DNA of 64,000 nt from Dictyostelium discoideum (lineage: Eukaryota): positions 4,000,001 to 4,064,000 of the forward strand of contig CM000154.2 of the NCBI GenBank assembly GCA_000004695.1, written 5' to 3'. The notes beneath the pieces were generated by a model. It searched no databases. It worked only from the letters and a program-made list of their open reading frames with translations, and was not told the origin of the DNA. The translations under genes were made by a program, and so were the position numbers. Position 1 is the first letter of the stretch; the number at the start of each line of letters is the position of its first letter. Positions 31,914-49,865 of this stretch are shown here, piece after piece.

Positions 31914-33830
31914 ATGGAAAATTTTAATTATCCAAAATTAAATTTAATTAAACCAGTACCATCCGATATTGAAATTGCATCATCAGTTGAACCATTACCA
32001 ATTAAAACCATTGCAAAGAGTATTGGATTATTAGAAGAAGAGATTGATTTCTATGGTAAATATAAAGCTAAAGTTAGTTTAGAAGTTATTGAACGTTTAA
32101 AGGAAACCGAGAATGGTAATTATGTGGTTGTTACTGGTATAAATCCAACACCATTGGGTGAAGGTAAATCAACAACAACCATTGGTCTTTGCCAAGCATT
32201 GGGTGCACATTTAGGTAAGAAAACATTTGCATGCATTAGACAGCCAAGCCAAGGACCAACCTTTGGCATTAAAGGTGGTGCAGCAGGTGGCGGATACTCA
32301 CAAGTGATTCCAATGGAGGAGTTCAATCTTCATATGACAGGCGACATTCATGCCATTACAGCAGCAAATAATTTATTAGCAGCTGCAATTGATACACGTA
32401 TTCTTCATGAGGGTACTCAAACAGATGCACAATTATGGAAACGTTTATGTCCAGTCGATTCAAAGGATGGTAGTCGTAAATTTGCACCAATCATGTTACG
32501 TCGTTTAAAGAAATTAGGTATTGACAAAACTGACCCAAATCAATTGACAGAAGAGGAGATTAGTAAATTCGTTCGTCTTGATATCGACCCAACTCGTATC
32601 ACTTGGAATCGTGTATTGGATACCAATGATCGTTTCCTTCGTGGTATTTCAGTGGGTCAAGGTAAGGAGGAGCAACGTTTTGAGAGAAAAACAAATTTCG
32701 ATATTTCTGTAGCCAGTGAGATTATGGCAGTTTTGGCATTATGTACAAGTTTATCCGATATGAGAGAACGTTTAGGTCGTATGGTGGTTGGTCCAAGTAG
32801 ATCTGGTGAACCAATCACTGCTGATGATTTGGGTGTTGGTGGTGCTTTGACCGTATTGATGAAGGATGCTATCATGCCAACCTTAATGCAAACACTCGAA
32901 GGTACTCCAGTACTTGTTCATGCTGGTCCATTTGCAAATATTGCTCATGGTAATTCATCGATTATTGCCGACCAAATCGCTTTGAAATTGGCTGGTAAAG
33001 ATGGTTACGTTGTCACTGAAGCTGGTTTTGGTGCTGATATTGGTGCTGAGAAATTCTTTGATATCAAATGTAGATCCTCAGGTCTTAAACCAAATTGTGC
33101 CGTAATTGTCGCAACCATCAGAGCCTTGAAAATGCATGGTGGCGGTCCAAAGGTCGTCGCCGGCACTCCATTAGATAAAGCATACACCAGCGAGAATATC
33201 GAGCTCCTAAAGAAAGGTGTCAGTAATCTTGCCCATCATATTAAAAACTTAAAGAAATTTGGTGTTGGTGTAGTGGTCGCCATCAATAAATTCCATACCG
33301 ATTCCGATGCCGAAGTTAACCTTTTGGTTGAGGCTTCTTTAACAGCTGGTGCTAACGATGCCGTTATGTCTGATCATTGGGCTGAGGGTGGTAATGGTGC
33401 TTTGGATTTAGCAAATGCCGTTGAAAAGGCTTGTAAAGAAACTAATAAAGATAACTTCAAATACCTTTATCCATTGGATAAATCAATTAAAGAAAAGATT
33501 GAAACCATTGCAAAAGAAATCTATGGTGCTGATGGTGTTGAATATTCACCAGAGGCCGATGATAAAATCAAATTATACACTACTCAAGGTTTTGATAAAC
33601 TTCCAATTTGTATGGCAAAAACTCATTTATCCCTAAGCCACGACCCTGAAAGAAAAGGTGTACCAACTGGTTTCATCTTACCAATTCGTGATGTTCGTGC
33701 AAGTATTGGTGCTGGTTTCATTTATCCATTAGTTGGCTCAATGGCAACTATTCCAGGTTTACCAACTCGTCCATGTTTCTATGAAATTGATATTGATACT
33801 AATACTGGTAAAATCATTGGTTTAAGTTAA
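31914..33830 (+). CDS. Formate--tetrahydrofolate ligase (monofunctional FTHFS), 638 aa, intronless.
   Basis: Signature [17 protein letters not shown]. The N-terminus [36 protein letters not shown] aligns to the synthetase domain of C1-THF synthase. Elevated GC and C/T-ending codons. Confidence 0.9.
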   Translation: MENFNYPKLNLIKPVPSDIEIASSVEPLPIKTIAKSIGLLEEEIDFYGKYKAKVSLEVIERLKETENGNYVVVTGINPTPLGEGKSTTTIGLCQALGAHLGKKTFACIRQPSQGPTFGIKGGAAGGGYSQVIPMEEFNLHMTGDIHAITAANNLLAAAIDTRILHEGTQTDAQLWKRLCPVDSKDGSRKFAPIMLRRLKKLGIDKTDPNQLTEEEISKFVRLDIDPTRITWNRVLDTNDRFLRGISVGQGKEEQRFERKTNFDISVASEIMAVLALCTSLSDMRERLGRMVVGPSRSGEPITADDLGVGGALTVLMKDAIMPTLMQTLEGTPVLVHAGPFANIAHGNSSIIADQIALKLAGKDGYVVTEAGFGADIGAEKFFDIKCRSSGLKPNCAVIVATIRALKMHGGGPKVVAGTPLDKAYTSENIELLKKGVSNLAHHIKNLKKFGVGVVVAINKFHTDSDAEVNLLVEASLTAGANDAVMSDHWAEGGNGALDLANAVEKACKETNKDNFKYLYPLDKSIKEKIETIAKEIYGADGVEYSPEADDKIKLYTTQGFDKLPICMAKTHLSLSHDPERKGVPTGFILPIRDVRASIGAGFIYPLVGSMATIPGLPTRPCFYEIDIDTNTGKIIGLS

Positions 33831-34031
33831 AATAAATAAATAAATAAATGAATGAATGGAAATAAATAAAATATATTTTTAAATTATTTAAATATAAAAA
33901 ATAAATAAATAAATAAAAAAAAAAAAGATATTCTTTTTTTTTTTTTTTTTTTTTTATAAATAAAAAAATATATATTATGTTTATTTTTAATTTATTATTT
34001 ATTTATAATAATACAATTGTTTAAATTTAAT

Positions 34032-37503
<3,472 letters not shown>

Positions 37504-37936
37504 ATATTAATTAAATTTAAATTTTGTGTTGAATAATAAAAAATAAAAAATAAAAAATAAAAATTGAGAAAAAAAAAAGTAAAAAATAAAAATAAAAACA
37601 AAAAAAATAACAAAAAAAAAAAATAAAAAATAAATAATTTAAAGTATTTTTAAAAAAATAAAAAAAAAAAAAATAAAAAAAAAAAGGTGCAATTGAAAAT
37701 CACTTACCTAATTAATAATGCTTTATTTATTTCATTTTTAAATTTTTTTGGAATAAAATAAAAATAAAAAAAAATAAAGGGAAAATTAAAGAAATAAAAT
37801 TACTTTTCACACCAACACAAACGTAGTTTATTTGGGAAATTTAAAAAACTCATCCTTGCGCCAAAATGCCGTCAAAAAAAAATAAAATAAAATTAAAAAA
37901 ATAAAATAAAAAAATTTTTAAATTAAAAAAACTAAA

Positions 37937-37984
<48 letters not shown>

Positions 37985-38479
37985 TTTATTTATTTTTATA
38001 AAATAAAATTAAAAGATTAAAAAAAAAATCATAATTATTACAATTTAAATAATCTGTAAGTATGTTTGTTTAATTATTATTATTACTTTTTATTTTTATT
38101 GTTGTAATAATTTTTGGTGGTGTGGTATTTGTAATTATTTATTTATTTATTTTTTTTTTTAATTTTTTTTATTTTTTTTATTTCTTTTTTTTTTTTTTTC
38201 TTCTTTCTTTTTTTTTTTTTTTGTCATTTTAAAAAATTTAATTAATTAAAAACCTTTTTTTCATATCTTTTCCAATTGGAGTTTTTCGCTTTAAAAAATA
38301 AAAAAAAATAAAAAAAAATAAAAAATAAAATAAAAATTTTTTTTTAATTTTTTTTTTTTTTTTCTTTTTAAAAAGGCGATAAAAACTTTTGTTATTAATA
38401 ACACAATAAAATTATTTATTTATAAATTATACTTATTCAATACTTTTGAATTTTAAAACAATAGTTTTTCAAAATAAAG

Positions 38480-38516
<37 letters not shown>

Positions 38517-38520
38517 ATAA

Positions 38521-38551
<31 letters not shown>

Positions 38552-38670
38552 TTTGTGACAATAATAGAAATTATTTCAAAGATAACATTATTTATTATTT
38601 TTTTTTTTTTCACTCAATACACAATACAATAGAAAATATATTAAATATATAATACTATATATATATTTTA

Positions 38671-38784
38671 ATGAAGACACAAACTATAAATGCAATAGGA
38701 GCATGTGTTGTTAGTGATTCACCAGATACATTTTTTAATAGTAATAATAGTTTAAAAGGATGTGGTAGGAGTAGTATTGCTATA

Positions 38785-38853
<69 letters not shown>

Positions 38854-39243
38854 ACAAGACCAATTCAATTAAGTATAATAGACGAAAGCGATAATGTCTA
38901 TAATATTGAAAACGAAGATGATAATAATAGCGCAGGTGATATAATTTTAAATGAACATTCTTCTTCTTCCTCTTCCTCTTCCTCTTCCTCTTCTTCACCA
39001 TCATCATCAAATAATCATTCTATAGCAGGTACACCAAATTCAATGTCACCTTCTTCTTCCTCTTCTTCATTATCTTCATTAACAAATAATACAACATTAA
39101 TAAATAAACTATCATCATCTTCTGATGGAAATAATAATAATAATAATAATAATAGTAATAGTAATGATAATAATAATAATTCAATAGATTTACATTTTAC
39201 TACAACGACAACGACAAATACATCATCAAACGACCAATCATTA

Positions 39244-39275
<32 letters not shown>

Positions 39276-40900
39276 AAATAATGATGAAAATAATATACCA
39301 CCACCACCATCATCATCACCACCAAAATTTAATCCAAAAGATAGACCTATTTCATTACCAAATCAATCAGGTCCAATAAAACATTTTGCACTCGATATAG
39401 GTGGTACATTAGCAAAGTTAGTATATTTCGTTCAAAATAAAGATAAATCAAATGTAAATGAATTAGGAGGTAAATTACATTTTATAAAGTTTAGAACTGC
39501 TGATATAGATGATTGTTTAAATTTTATTATTGGTAAATATTTTATATAATAGTTCTATAATTTGAAACAGAAAAAAAAAAAAAAAGAATTATAAAATCAA
39601 CTAATTATAATTATTATTTTAGAGAATAATTTACATATTGAAGATAGTGGATTACCAAAAGTTGTAAGAGTAACAGGCGGAGGTGCATATAAATATGCAG
39701 AACTTTTCGAAAAGAGATTAGGTTGTAAAATAGTGAAAGAAGATGAAATGCAATGTTTAATTTGGGGCACAAACTTTTTATTAAATAATATTAAAAGAGA
39801 ATCATTTACATATTCAACAACACCAAATGCAATTTCACCAAAAGAATTTATTGATAAAACTGTATGCTTTGATTTGTTTTTTAAAATTATATATATATAT
39901 ATATATATTATACTAATATTCATTATTATTATTATTATTTTAGGATAATCATTACCCATATTTATTAGTTAATATTGGATCAGGTGTTAGTATTATAAAA
40001 GTTGAAAGTGAAACTAGTTTTCAAAGAGTTGATGGTACAAGTTTGGGTGGAGGTACATTTTGGGGATTATGCAGTTTGTTAACTGGTGTATCAGATTATG
40101 ATGAAATGTTAGAGATGACAAAGAATGGTCAATCGAATCATGTTGATTTGGTTGTTGGTGATATTTATGGTACGGATTATACAAAGATTGGGTTATCTTC
40201 TGACACAATTGCAAGTAGTTTCGGAAAGGTGATCTATGAGAATGAAAAGAAGAAAATTAGTGGAGAAGAAAATATTAAAAAGGAAGATATAGCTCAAAGT
40301 CTATTGAAAATGGTATCGAATAATATCGGTCAAATAGCGTATTTAAATTCACAACGTTATGGTTTAAATAAAATTTATTTCGGTGGTTTCTTCATTAGAG
40401 ATCATCCAAATACAATGCAACGTATTTCATTTGCCATTGATTTTTGGTCAAAAGGTCAAACAAAGGCTATGTTTTTAGTACACGATGGTTATTTAGGTGC
40501 ACTTGGTTCATTTTTGGCTCCTGACGAAGACGATTTAATTTCAAATGACGACGATGACAATAATAATAACAATAATAACAATAATAATAATAATATTGAT
40601 TCTTCAAGTAGTAATAATAATGATAATAGTGGTGATGTTAAAGTCAAAGGTTCAACATCTTCAACAATCGTTAATCAATCAAGTTGGTGGAAACGTAAAA
40701 CTAATTTCGAAAGTTATATTTCAAAATTATTTTCACCAAAAACTTCAAACACAACTATAACTACAACTACAACTACAAATGTAAATAGTAACAATATCAA
40801 TAGTAGTAATGAAAATACACTCCAAAATGTTTTAACAAAAAGTAGTGATAATTGCGAATGTGGTTGTGATTTTTGTAATTTCTTGTCATATGAAATTTAA
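38671..40900 (+). CDS. Pantothenate kinase (eukaryotic type II/fumble domain) with a roughly 230-aa N-terminal poly-N/poly-S extension. Three exons: 38671..39532, 39623..39861, 39944..40900.
   Basis: HFALDIGGTLAKLVYF, VTGGGAYKY, YPYLLVNIGSGVSI, DGTSLGGGTFWGLCSLLTG, IYFGGFFIR. Introns GTAAAT..TTTTAG (phase 1) and GTATGC..TTTTAG (phase 0). Confidence 0.8.
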
Positions 40901-41397
40901 AAGCAGTAACAGTAAAAAAAAAAAAAAAAAAAAAAATAGGAAAATAAAAAAATAAAAAAAAAAAAACAGGAAAAAAATAAAAAAAAAAAAAAAAAAAAAA
41001 AAAATAGTAATAATATTAATAAAAAAAAATAATAATCCTTAAATTTTATGGATTTAAAGGGTTTATCCAAAAAAAAAAAAAAAAAAAAGACTCGCGAGAT
41101 GCGCATCAAAAAAAATTTTATTTTTTTCTTTTTTATTATTTTTATTTTTTTTTTTTATTTTTTTTTTGTTTTTTCATATTTTTTTTTTTTATTTTTTTTT
41201 ATTTTTTATTTTTTATTTTTTTACTTTTTTTTCAAAAACGATCATTTATTGTTGGTGTGAAATAATTTGTGAAATTGTATTATAGTGCGAAATAAACACA
41301 ATAGAAATTGAAAATAGAATAAGAATAGATATAATATAAAAATACATTTAAAAACACAACAAATATATCAAATATTAAATAAAATAAAAAATAAAGA

Positions 41398-42036
41398 ATG
41401 TCAAAATATATTATAAACGCAGAAGCATTATTAAAATATTCAAATCCAACTAAAGGTACAAATGGTTGGATTCAACCAAAACTTTCAACTAGACAAATTG
41501 AAGTTTTTAAAAAACATGTTACTCGTAATCTTAAATTGGAATGGCCTTTACCAGCAAGAGAAAAGAAATTAAATCCAGAAAGAACATCCAAACTTACAGG
41601 TTGGGAAAGAAATTTAGTTCCAAGGTGTGTACCATTAATTAATATTATGGTTCATCAATCATCATCATCAATTATCGCCATCATTTAATTTGTGATTCAA
41701 TATATTAATATATATTATTATATTATTACTATTTTATTTTTTATTTTTTATTATTATTATTTTATTAGACAAAAGAAAATTCAAGAATCAATTGCAAATA
41801 TGCCAAAACTTATTGCAGAGAAATTAAAAGCATCAATTGAAAAGAAGAAGAAAGAATCAGATAATGTTTTCACTTCATTCATTCCAAATTATTTACCATT
41901 GGGTCCATATGGAAATAATGATACACCAAAAGTTATGGCTTTAAGAAAGATTGCCAAGAAAGAAAAAGAATTAAAGAAAGAGAAATTAATTGCATTGGCT
42001 TCTGCTAAAGCACCAAAAAAAAATAAAACAAAATAA
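41398..42036 (+). CDS. Small basic lysine-rich protein of about 164 aa, possibly a mitochondrial ribosomal or assembly protein. Two exons: 41398..41624 and 41769..42036.
   Basis: GTGTGT..TTATTAG intron (phase 2) joins ..WERNLVPR|QKKIQESIANMPK... Function not recognised. Confidence 0.45.
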
Positions 42037-43665
42037 AACAAAATAAAAAATAAAAATAAAAAAAAAAAATTTATAAATTATTTATTTGGATGTTTAAATG
42101 ATTTTATTATAATAAAGTTAATTTTTTTATAAAATAACTAAGATTTTTTGAAAAAAAAAAAAAGTGATTAAAAAAGGTATTTTTCAAAATTTGAAATAAT
42201 TATTTTATGGAAATTAATTAATTTTTTTGAGTTTGCAATAATTAAATTAAAAATATTTATAAATAAAAACATTTTTTTTATTTATTCAAATAAATTTTTT
42301 TTTTTTTTTTGAATTAAAAAAAATTAAAAATAAAAATAAAAAGTGAAAACCATTTCCACATTCTCTTTTTCTAATAAATCAATTTTGATTTAATGTTTTT
42401 TCACCTTTCAAAATTTTTCAATTCAAAAAAGGGCAATGCCATAACTACAAAAAAAAATAATTTTATCCATTTTTGGAAAAAATGAAAAAAAAAAAAATAA
42501 AATAAAATAAAAAATAAAAAAATAAAAAAAAATAAAAAAAAAAAAGATTAAAAAAATTAAATGGAATGAGTAAAATTAAAAAGATAATTGAAACAGAAAA
42601 TTAATTTAATTTTTTTTTTTTTTTTTTTTTTTCAAATAGTTTTTTTATTTTTTTATTTTTATTTATTTTTTTTTTTTTTTATTCTATCCCTTATTTGTTT
42701 AGTATTTGTAAAGTATTTGTAAAATTATAAAATTTTAATAGTTTTTATTTTTTTTTTATTTTTTATTTAAAAAAATTATTAGTAATAAACCCAAAACTAT
42801 ATAAATTAGTTCAATAGCATTATTAACAACAATAGTAATTAATTTTAAACTTTAGTTCACACTTTAGTGGTCATATTACAAAAAAATAACAAAAAAAACA
42901 AAACAATTTAATATCAAAAAGATTTCATATATCAAAACTGTTTTTTTTTTTATAATTTTTTTTTTTTTTTTTTTTTTTTTTTCTCATAACTAATAATCAA
43001 TTCCATTTTTTTATTATTTTTATTTTTATTTTTTTTTTTTTATTATTATTAATAATTTTTTATTACTATTCTTTATTATTTCAATTAAAATATATTGGGC
43101 AATCAATTCATTAAATAATTATTTAATCCAAATTATTATTGTTTTTTTTTTATTTTTATTTTTATTTTTATCATTCACTTAATTTGGTCAAAAAAATTTT
43201 CACCCAACTTTTTTTTTTTTTTTTTACATTATAATAAATATCTATCCTCCCAACTACAAACTCCATTTTTTTTTTTTTTTTTTTTTTTTTAATCTCACTT
43301 TCACCACACTATTATTATTGTTTCAGGTGACAATAATTTACCACAAAAAATAAATAAAAAAAAATTAAAAAATAATATTAAAACACATTCCCAATAAAAA
43401 TTAAGGTGGTAAAAATAAAAACAAAAAAAAAAAAAAATAATAAAAAAAAAAATATAATAAAAAAAATAAAATAAAAAAAAAAAAAAAAGCAACAACAAAT
43501 TAATTATTCTTAATATTATTCCAAAATTAACAATACAAATTTGTTATAGGGGAAATTGTATTAAATAGTAGTCTCATATTTATTTTTTTATAAATCTAAT
43601 TAATTTAAAAAAAAAAAAAAAAATATATAAATTATTAAAAAAAAAAAAAAAAGTAAAATAAAAAA

Positions 43666-46544
43666 ATGGAAGCATTATTACCAATAAATAAATCAAATAC
43701 AAGATTAATCATTGTTCATCATTCACTTCCTTTATCATTGCAAAATGTAGGTGATGGTGGATGTAAGTATTTATTTTTTTTTTTTTTTTTTTTTAAATTT
43801 TTTTCCACTAAAACATTTTTATTTTTATTTTTTTTATTTTTTTTTTAAATTTAGATTGGTCATTCCATGATAGAAATTTAGCATCTTTGGCAAGTTCAGT
43901 TCACTTATTAAAAAAAAATAATAGTAAATATAAAATTTAATTTAAATTTAATTAATATATTTATTTTTTACTAATGTTTTTTATTTTTATTTTTATTTTT
44001 ATTATTTTAGTTATAAGTGATTATATTTGGGTTGGATGCCCAGTTAATGATCAATTTCAACCATTAAGTGGTACAGGTAATGATGATTCAGAAGAAGAAA
44101 GTAATAGGTTGTATTCATTACTAGTTGAAAATGATTGTAATCCTGTAGAGACAATCAATCAAAAATTGTATGAAGATGCAGTAATCAATTTTACACACAA
44201 ATTTTTAAAGAATATATTTCACTATGAAGTTAGTGAGAGTAGATTTGATGAAGGTCATTGGAGTTCTTATAAGGAATTTAATAGACAATTTGCAAATAAG
44301 GTGTTACAATTGTATCGTCCAGGTGATATCATTTGGGTACATGGTATCGAGTTATTGACATTACCGAGACTATTACGTAAATTAAATGCTTCAATGTTTG
44401 TTGGCTTATTTTTACATTCTCCATTCCCATCGGTTGAAGTATTTAGATGTGTTTCAAGTAGAAAGCAAATTCTCAAAGGAATGTTGGGTGCTAATTTAGT
44501 CGCTTTTCAAGCCTATTCTTACTCTCGTTATTTCTGTCAATCATGTACAAGATTATTGGGTACACCAGCTGGATTCGATAGTGTAAAATTTAATGATAAA
44601 ACCGATGATAAGAATGGTCGCAACAGTGGTACAAACAATGAACGTATTACAAAGATATCAGTATTCTCTGAAGGTATTGACCCAAATGTAACTCTACAAA
44701 TAATATCACACGAATCAACTAAACAAAGAATCAATGAATTAAAAGAAACTTTTAAAGGTAAAACTATTTTCATTTCAAAGGATCAAGGTGAAGCAAATGA
44801 AGGTACAAAGAATAAACTTTTAGCTTTTGAAAGTTTCTTAAAAAGAAATCCATCATTAGTTAAAGATGTTGTATTATTTTTAATTTGTGAACCAATAAAT
44901 AATAATAACAATAATAATAATAATAATAATAACAATAGTTTAAATGCAAGTTCAAGTGCAAGTGGTAGTAGTAATGGTAGTAGTCCTGGTCATAGTATGA
45001 ATAGTAGTTGTAATGGTTTAAGTTTTAGTGGTTTCGCTAGTAGTTTTGGTTTCATTAGTGGTGGTGGTAATGGTGGTAATAATAGAAAAGATAAAGTAAT
45101 TTCAATGATAAATGAAACCGTTGCAAGAATTAATGGTGAATATGGTAAAGTTGGTACAATACCAATTCAATATATCAATCGTTTTGTAGATTATGAAGAG
45201 ATTTGTTCATTCTTTCAGGTTGCCGATATTTTATTATCTGCACCATTAAGAGAGGGTATGAATTTAGATACTCATGATTTTGTTGCTTCACATAGAATTA
45301 AGAATTCCAATGGTTATGATAACAATGATAAACCTGGAATTTTAATATTAAGTGAATTTGATGGAGCTTCAAGATGCTTTAGTGGTGCAATTTTAGTTAA
45401 TCCTTATAGCGTCAACCAAATTAGTCAAGGTATTGAAACTGCATTTCATTTAAAGAATGAAGAAGCAGTCATTAAACATAATCAAAATTTAGAATATGTA
45501 ATGACCAATACAAGTTATCTATGGGGTGAAGCATTCCTTTATGATATCCTATCACTTCAAGATCAATTGCAATCACAACAACAAGAAATGGTTGATACTT
45601 GTTATTTGGATATTAAAGTTTTAGATAAATCTTATAGATTAGCTGATAGAAGATTATTGATATTTGATTATGATGGTGCATTTATGTGTTTCCAACAGCA
45701 ACAACAGCAACCATCACATCAACAACAAGATAATTCACAATCCCAATATTTACCAGCAAAGATTGCAAATATTTTAAAGAAACTTTCAAAAGATACAAAA
45801 AACATTATTTATGTTATTACAAGTAGAGATGCAAGTACCTTTGATAACCTTTTGGAGAATATACCAGGTGTTGGGTTAGGTTGTGAACATGGCTCTTTCT
45901 TAAAATCATCAACCGGTATTCATGGTGGTATTGAAGAATGGCAAAATCTATCAGAGGGTATCGATTTATCATGGAAAGAGATGGTGGTACCTATATTGGA
46001 ACATTTCTGTGAACGTATACCAGGTTCATCTTTGGTAGTAAATAAAGTGACCGTTGCTTTCTCCTATGAAAATTGTTTCTCTGAATATAGTAGTGAGAAT
46101 GCTCAAGAGTTACTCACAACTCTAATGGAAGTAGCTGGTAAAACTCCAATCGATATTTCAAATTCAAACAAAGTCATTGAAATTAAACCATCAGGTACCG
46201 GTAGTAGTATTGCAATGAAAAAAGTAATGGAAGAGAATCCTGAAATTGATTTCATGCTTTGTATTGGTGATGAAAAGACTGAACAAGGTGTTTTTGACCT
46301 ATTGGATAGATTAAATCCAAATCATTTCGCTGTTTCCGTAGGTAAAAAGAAATCTTATACAAAATATTTTGTAAATAATCAAAATCAAGTTTTATCAATG
46401 TTGGAATTGGTCTCAAATTATTTAAATGTTTCTTCACCTCCTACAAATTTTCATTCATACTTAAATTCAATCTCATTAAAAGCAGAATCAAGTCCAATGG
46501 TTGAAACTTCAACTCCAAATCTACCATATTCTTTACCAATTTAA
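43666..46544 (+). CDS. Bifunctional alpha,alpha-trehalose-phosphate synthase / trehalose-phosphatase (GT20 + HAD), about 900 aa. Three exons: 43666..43762, 43855..43923, 44011..46544.
   Basis: TPS block DIIWVHGIELLTLPRLLR..VGLFLHSPFPSVEVFR..RKQILKGMLGANLVAFQAYSYSRYF aligns to yeast Tps1. TPP block RLLIFDYDGAF..IIYVITSRD..IEIKPSGTGSS..LCIGDEKTE. Two small 5' exons (97 and 69 nt) joined by GTAAGT/GTAAAT..AG introns, phase 1. Confidence 0.8.
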
Positions 46545-47053
46545 AAAATTATATAATAAAAAAAAAAATAAAAATAAAAAATAATAATAATAACAAACAA
46601 TTAAAAAATAACATTAATATAAATTCATAAAATATATAATCCAATCTTAACAATATTTTTTACTTTTTAGTTTAAAGAAAAAAATAAAAAATTTAAATAA
46701 AGTTACAAAATTAAAAAAAAAAAAAAATAAGATATAGATTGGATGAATTTTTATTAAGGATATAAAATTTTCAGCAGCAAAAATTTATGATGTGATGGTT
46801 GGTCATCTTTTTTTTTTTTGCTTTTATTTTTTTATTTTCCAAGCACGCCCTTTATTTTTATATTCGAAAAAAATATCTTGAAATTTTCTATAAAATTTTT
46901 AAAAGAAAAAAACACATCTTTTTTTTTTTTTTTTTTTTTTAAACCTGATTTTTAAAAAAATTTATATGGGAAAAAGCAAATTTAACATTTTTGTAACATT
47001 TGAATTTGTTGTGTTTTAATTGATATAAATAGTATATATAAAAAAAAAAAGAC

Positions 47054-47941
47054 ATGGATATAGATAATTCTATTTTAATAAGGGTATGATCCAATTCTAA
47101 AAATAAAATTATATTTTCATTTTCAAATTTTAATTGTTAAAAAATAATAAAAAAATAAAAAAAAAATAGGTTGTTCTTTTAGGTGATTATTGTGTTGGTA
47201 AAACAACTACAGGATTTGTTTTTGATGGTAAACAATTTGATTTTTCTCGTAATTGTAATATAGGTGTTGATTTTTTTGTTAAGCATATAGTTGTTGATAA
47301 TCAATGTGTTAGACTACAAGTAAGTAAAATAATATTATTATTTTAATTAAATTATTCAATTATTTTATTTTTAAAACACATATTTAATTTTTTTAATATT
47401 TTTTACTACAATTATTAATAAACTTTTTAAATAAATGATTACAAAAAAAAAAAAAAAAAAATAGGTGTGGGATACTGGAGGTCAAGAAAGATTTAAAACA
47501 ATTACAAGATCTTATTTTAGAAATACAAGTTGTTGTTTATTATTTTTTAGTGTTGATGATCAAAAATCATTTGAAAATATAGATATGTGGTATTCGCTAG
47601 CTTTTGAGAAATATGATTTACTTAATTATCCAGTAGTTTTAGTTGGTAATAAAATTGATCTTCCACAAGAAAAACATGTTATTACAAAAAAAATGGCTGA
47701 AGAATGGTGTAAAAATCAACAGACTAAATTGAATCTCAAATTTTCAATACCCTATTTTGAAACATCTGCTAAAAATAACATCAATATTAATGAAATATTC
47801 TATAGTGCCGCTGAACTTGGTTTAAAAAATATTGTATTTAAAAATAATAATAATAATAATAATTATAATAATAATAATAAATTAAATGGAAATAAAGAAA
47901 TTCAAAATGAAAAAAATAAAGGAATGTGTTTTATATTATAA
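47054..47941 (+). CDS. Rab-like small GTPase of about 219 aa with C-terminal CAAX (CFIL). Three exons: 47054..47083, 47170..47319, 47465..47941.
   Basis: G1 GDYCVGKTT, RabF-like IGVDFF/RLQVW/RFKTIT/YFRNTS, G3 WDTGGQERF, G4 GNKIDL, G5 ETSAK. Introns GTATGA..AATAG and GTAAGT..AATAG, phase 0. Confidence 0.7.
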
Positions 47942-48203
47942 TAATGATAATAAAAAAAAATAAAAAAAATGATCAGAAAACAAAACAATTATTTGTGATT
48001 TGTGAAATGCAACTCATTTTCAAAAAAAAAAAAAAAAAAAAATCTTAGGAATTTTCCAAATTTTTAAAAATATCTTTTTTTTTTTTGTCTCTTCTGTTTT
48101 ATATTTTTTTTTATTTTTTAATTTTTTTTTTTTTTATTTTTTTTTTTTATTTTTTTTTTTTTTTTTATTTTTTTATTTTCAATCAAAAAATCAGAAATAA
48201 ACG

Positions 48204-48842
48204 ATGAAATTATTAAATATTTGTTTAATAATTTTAATAATATCATTATATAATGGTGTAGAAGCAAGATTTAAAACACCAATTGGTAAAAAGATTGATA
48301 GAATGATTAGAGATTTACATGGTGAAGTACCAGTATTCTCAAATGAATCTTTAATTTTTGAACAAAATGTTGATCATTATGATTATTTTAATAATAATAC
48401 ATTCAAACAAAGATATATTGTAGTTGATGATTATTTCACTGGTGATGGTCCAATCTTTTTTTATTTAGCAGGTAAATAATAAATAATTAATAATAAATAA
48501 TAAATAAATAATAATAATATTAATATTCATTTATTATTATTTTATTATTTTTAGGTGAAGCACCAATGGGATTCTTTGGATTCCAAGAAGTTCAAGTTGT
48601 AAATTGGGCACAAGATTTTGGAGCATTATTCATTGTATTGGAACATCGTTATTATGGTGAATCATATCCAGTTGATGATTTATCAACTCACAATTTAAAA
48701 TATTTAACATCACAACAAGCACTTTCCGATGCTGCTAACTTTTTATCAACTTATAAACAAGATAATAATTTAATTGATAATCAAGTTGTTGTATTTGGAT
48801 GTTCTTATTCTGGTAATATTATAGAAACATATATACATATAC

Positions 48843-48931
<89 letters not shown>

Positions 48932-49834
48932 GAATCTAATATTTTTTATTTAAAAAAAATAATATATAGGTGCACTTTCAGCATGGTTTAGATTAAAATA
49001 TCCAAATTTAGTAGTTGCAAGTGTTGCACCAAGTGGACCAGTTTTAGCACAATTAAATTATACAGGTTATTATGCACAATTTTCAAATTCAGCTCAACCA
49101 GATTGTGTAGCAGCAACTCAACAAGCAACAAATGAAATTATGCAATTAATTGCTAATGAAAGTGGTCGTAAACAATTAGAAAAAACATTTAATTCATGTC
49201 ATTCATTAGATGATCCAAGAGATCAATATTATTTCCTTTACTCAATCACTGATGCATTAGGTGGTTCTGATCAAATGAATAATCCACCAACTTGGATTTT
49301 AAATTCAACTTGTCAAATGTTATTACAAAATACTAATTATGTTAATAATTGGGCTCAAATTGTAAATGTTGGTCAAACCCAATGTAATGATTTTAGATTA
49401 AAATCATTTATTGAACAATTAAGAGACATTTCAATTAATGATAATAGTGATAATAGAATGTGGACTTATCAAACATGTGTTGAGTATGTGTGTTGTGTTG
49501 TGTTTTTCATTATTTACTTTTATTTATTCTCTTTTATTAATAAATTTAAATTTAAATTATTATTATTATTTTTCAGATTTGGTTATTTCTCAACTGCATA
49601 CCCAGGTACAAGTGTTTTCCCACCAGTTTTAAATGTTGAAGAACAAACTAAATGGTGTGAAGAAATTTATGATATTCCAGGTATGACTCCAAATATTGAT
49701 GCAACTAATAATTATTATGGTGGTCAAAATATTCAAGGTTCAAATATTATGTTTACAAATGGTTTACTTGATGTATGTATTTTTTTTTTTTTTTTTTTTT
49801 TATATCTTTATGGAAAATATTTTAATAATTTTTC

Positions 49835-49865
<31 letters not shown>

